The translations under genes were made by a program, and so were the position numbers. From NCBI GenBank assembly GCA_902464635.1, contig CABQKC010000007.1, forward strand, positions 5,772 through 69,771: a stretch of DNA of 64,000 bases, given 5' to 3'. Below the pieces are notes generated by a model. It was not told where the DNA came from. It saw only the letters and a program-made list of their open reading frames with translations, and did not search any database. Each line of letters starts with the position of its first letter. The stretch's first letter is position 1. This document shows positions 62,711 through 64,000 of the stretch, piece after piece. Source of the DNA: an uncultured Bacillales bacterium (GTDB lineage: Bacteria; Bacillota_I; Bacilli_A; RFN20; CAG-826).

Positions 62711-63999
62711 AATATCTTTCCACTAGTAACTAATCTACCGTCTTTTGAATCGAATAGTAATATGCCATCGCCTTCAAAAGTAAGGTTGATCTTGCTTCCG
62801 GTTGGATAATCTTCTCCTCCAAAGACGACAGAAGTAATGATATTTTCACCTACTTTAAGTCTAACGATAGTTTCCATACCACTTGGAAGAGCAGCGTAGA
62901 CTTCAGTTTCGATACCTTTTCCTTCATGTAGCCTAATGGCTTCAGGACGGATACCTAGATAATAACGGCAGCTAGATTTTGGCTCCTCCCCGCTAACAGT
63001 AGCAACATGAGGGACGAAATCCTTATCGACGTTACGTTTTTCTACATACCCCTTCTCTTGGGAAATTTCTTCTTTTCTAGTCTTTCTGATTGCCTCTAGT
63101 TCTTCAGCCTCCCTTTCAGATTCAGCAAGGCTAAATTTGGCATTATTTGGCAAATAGGAAACATCAAGAAGTCCATTTAATCCCTTGATATGAAGCGAAC
63201 CTTTTCCTTGGCTAACTTCAACAGGAAGGAAATTGACGGCAGGATTGCCAACAAAGTCAGCAACAAATTCGTTATATGGCTTTGCATAAACTACTAGAGG
63301 TGGGTCATATTGTTGGATGACACCATTGCTAATTAAGCAAATCTTGGTAGCTAAAGTCATGGCTTCGAGTTGGTCATGGGTAACATAGACAAAAGTTGCA
63401 CCAGTATCGACATGGAGACGTTTCAATTCGGCTCTCATCTCTAACCTTAATTTGGCATCCAAGTTGGAAAGAGGTTCGTCCATGAACAAGACTTTTGGTC
63501 CTGGGGCTAAAGTACGGGCAATGGCAACTCTTTGTTGCTGACCACCACTTAATTCGGCTGGATAACGATCCATGAATTCGCCGATTTTAACTACTCTAGC
63601 AACATGACGTAATCTTAAGTCCTTCTCTTCTTTATCTAGGCGACGGACTTTCTTTACTTTTTCGCCATCTTTGACCAAATCAAAGTCTTCATCAATTTCA
63701 AAGCCTTTTTCAAGATATTTTTGCTTTTCGGCTTCAGCTTTTTCTAGATAAGTTTTAGAAGCAGCTTCGGCTTTTTCTTTGCAAGCATCGATATTTTCAT
63801 AAAGCTTCAAATCCGCTAATTCTTTAGCAGAAGTCATCGAAATAGTGAAAGTATCGATAAGAGAGAGCAATTCTTTCTTTATATCTGCTTTACCATCGCG
63901 GTCAATAGAAGAATTATGGGCTTCAATGATCTTATCGACATCATTAACGACTGAAGAAAGTTTATATAGACGTTCATATTCACTAACATGGACAACCAT
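62707..63999 (-). CDS. MalK/MsmK/UgpC-type ABC ATPase, with the N-terminus beyond the window and lineage-specific insertions
   Basis: Motifs present: 'LSGGQQQRVAIARTL', 'LFMDEPLSNLDAKLR', 'YVTHDQLEAMTLA' and 'FVADFVGNPAVNFL'. About 125 aa of coiled coil precede the signature motif. A second charged insert lies in the C-terminal regulatory domain. The ORF stays open to the window edge. Confidence 0.8.
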   Translation of the reverse strand: MVVHVSEYERLYKLSSVVNDVDKIIEAHNSSIDRDGKADIKKELLSLIDTFTISMTSAKELADLKLYENIDACKEKAEAASKTYLEKAEAEKQKYLEKGFEIDEDFDLVKDGEKVKKVRRLDKEEKDLRLRHVARVVKIGEFMDRYPAELSGGQQQRVAIARTLAPGPKVLFMDEPLSNLDAKLRLEMRAELKRLHVDTGATFVYVTHDQLEAMTLATKICLISNGVIQQYDPPLVVYAKPYNEFVADFVGNPAVNFLPVEVSQGKGSLHIKGLNGLLDVSYLPNNAKFSLAESEREAEELEAIRKTRKEEISQEKGYVEKRNVDKDFVPHVATVSGEEPKSSCRYYLGIRPEAIRLHEGKGIETEVYAALPSGMETIVRLKVGENIITSVVFGGEDYPTGSKINLTFEGDGILLFDSKDGRLVTSGKIL

Positions 64000-64000
64000 T

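Noticed and set aside
131-63000. About 70 short ORFs (60-210 aa) in the six-frame track lie antisense to or nested within the long genes. Examples are 3622..3918, 8376..8798, 11265..11894, 33102..33674 and 49675..50079.
   Set aside because: Each is fully contained in a longer ORF with clear family motifs on the opposite strand or in another frame. Their translations are low-complexity, Ser/Leu/Ile-rich mirror images with no RBS or motif support.
1-64000. Alternative genetic code (UGA read as Trp, as in Mycoplasma/Spiroplasma).
   Set aside because: Long ORFs with conserved C-termini end at TGA, for example rnfD at 58506-58508. No conserved protein is interrupted by in-frame TGA, so the standard code 11 fits.

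Overview
The window is a visibly AT-rich chromosomal segment that uses the standard genetic code: UGA ends several long ORFs, for example rnfD. It looks like an anaerobic, fermentative low-GC Firmicute or wall-less Mollicute-like gut bacterium. The lineage guess rests on many lipobox lipoproteins, coiled-coil insertions in ABC proteins and the absence of any cell-wall genes, and it is inference only. About 60 genes are present, almost all on the minus strand.

Gene blocks from left to right:
1. GH2 glycosidase plus a GPH sugar symporter.
2. An autonomous two-gene cassette: an ABC/AAA_21-type ATPase plus a small coiled-coil DIP1984-like protein.
3. A DUF2804 protein.
4. A tightly packed rex-adhE-[2Fe-2S] ferredoxin-sensory [FeFe] hydrogenase (PAS)-PP2C phosphatase-[FeFe] hydrogenase-unknown operon.
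5. A ZIP metal transporter, a NahK-like kinase, and tRNA-Ile(UAU) plus tRNA-Ser(UGA).
6. An orphan RHH antitoxin-like gene.
7. An 18-kb glycan/hexuronate utilisation operon (ABC importer, esterase, GH3, uxuB, HAD, OYE-type flavoenzyme, uxuA, uxaC, eda, kdgK) with a divergent AraC-fusion regulator.
8. An accessory stretch: two Cys/His-rich surface proteins, a three-gene cassette ending in an N-formylglutamate-amidohydrolase-like enzyme, a decayed Fe-S gene and odd repeats, bounded by tRNA-Met and tRNA-Ala.
9. feoA-feoA-feoB.
10. A homologue of polyenoic fatty-acid isomerase.
11. rnfCDGEA-(68 aa)-short rnfB-apbE-NusG_II-Gx transporter.
12. GNAT, a ROK-like kinase and a truncated MsmK-like ATPase.

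No CRISPR array, transposase, integrase or rRNA was seen.

Best candidates for something undescribed:
- the ATPase/DIP1984-like cassette (possible defence or abortive-infection pair);
- the rex-adhE-hydrogenase-sensor operon;
- the palindrome-controlled three-gene cassette at 43.7-45.2 kb;
- the Rnf complex with a minimal RnfB plus an extra Cys-rich micro-subunit;
- a genomically encoded tRNA-Ile(UAU).

All family assignments come from motif recognition by eye. No database search was run.
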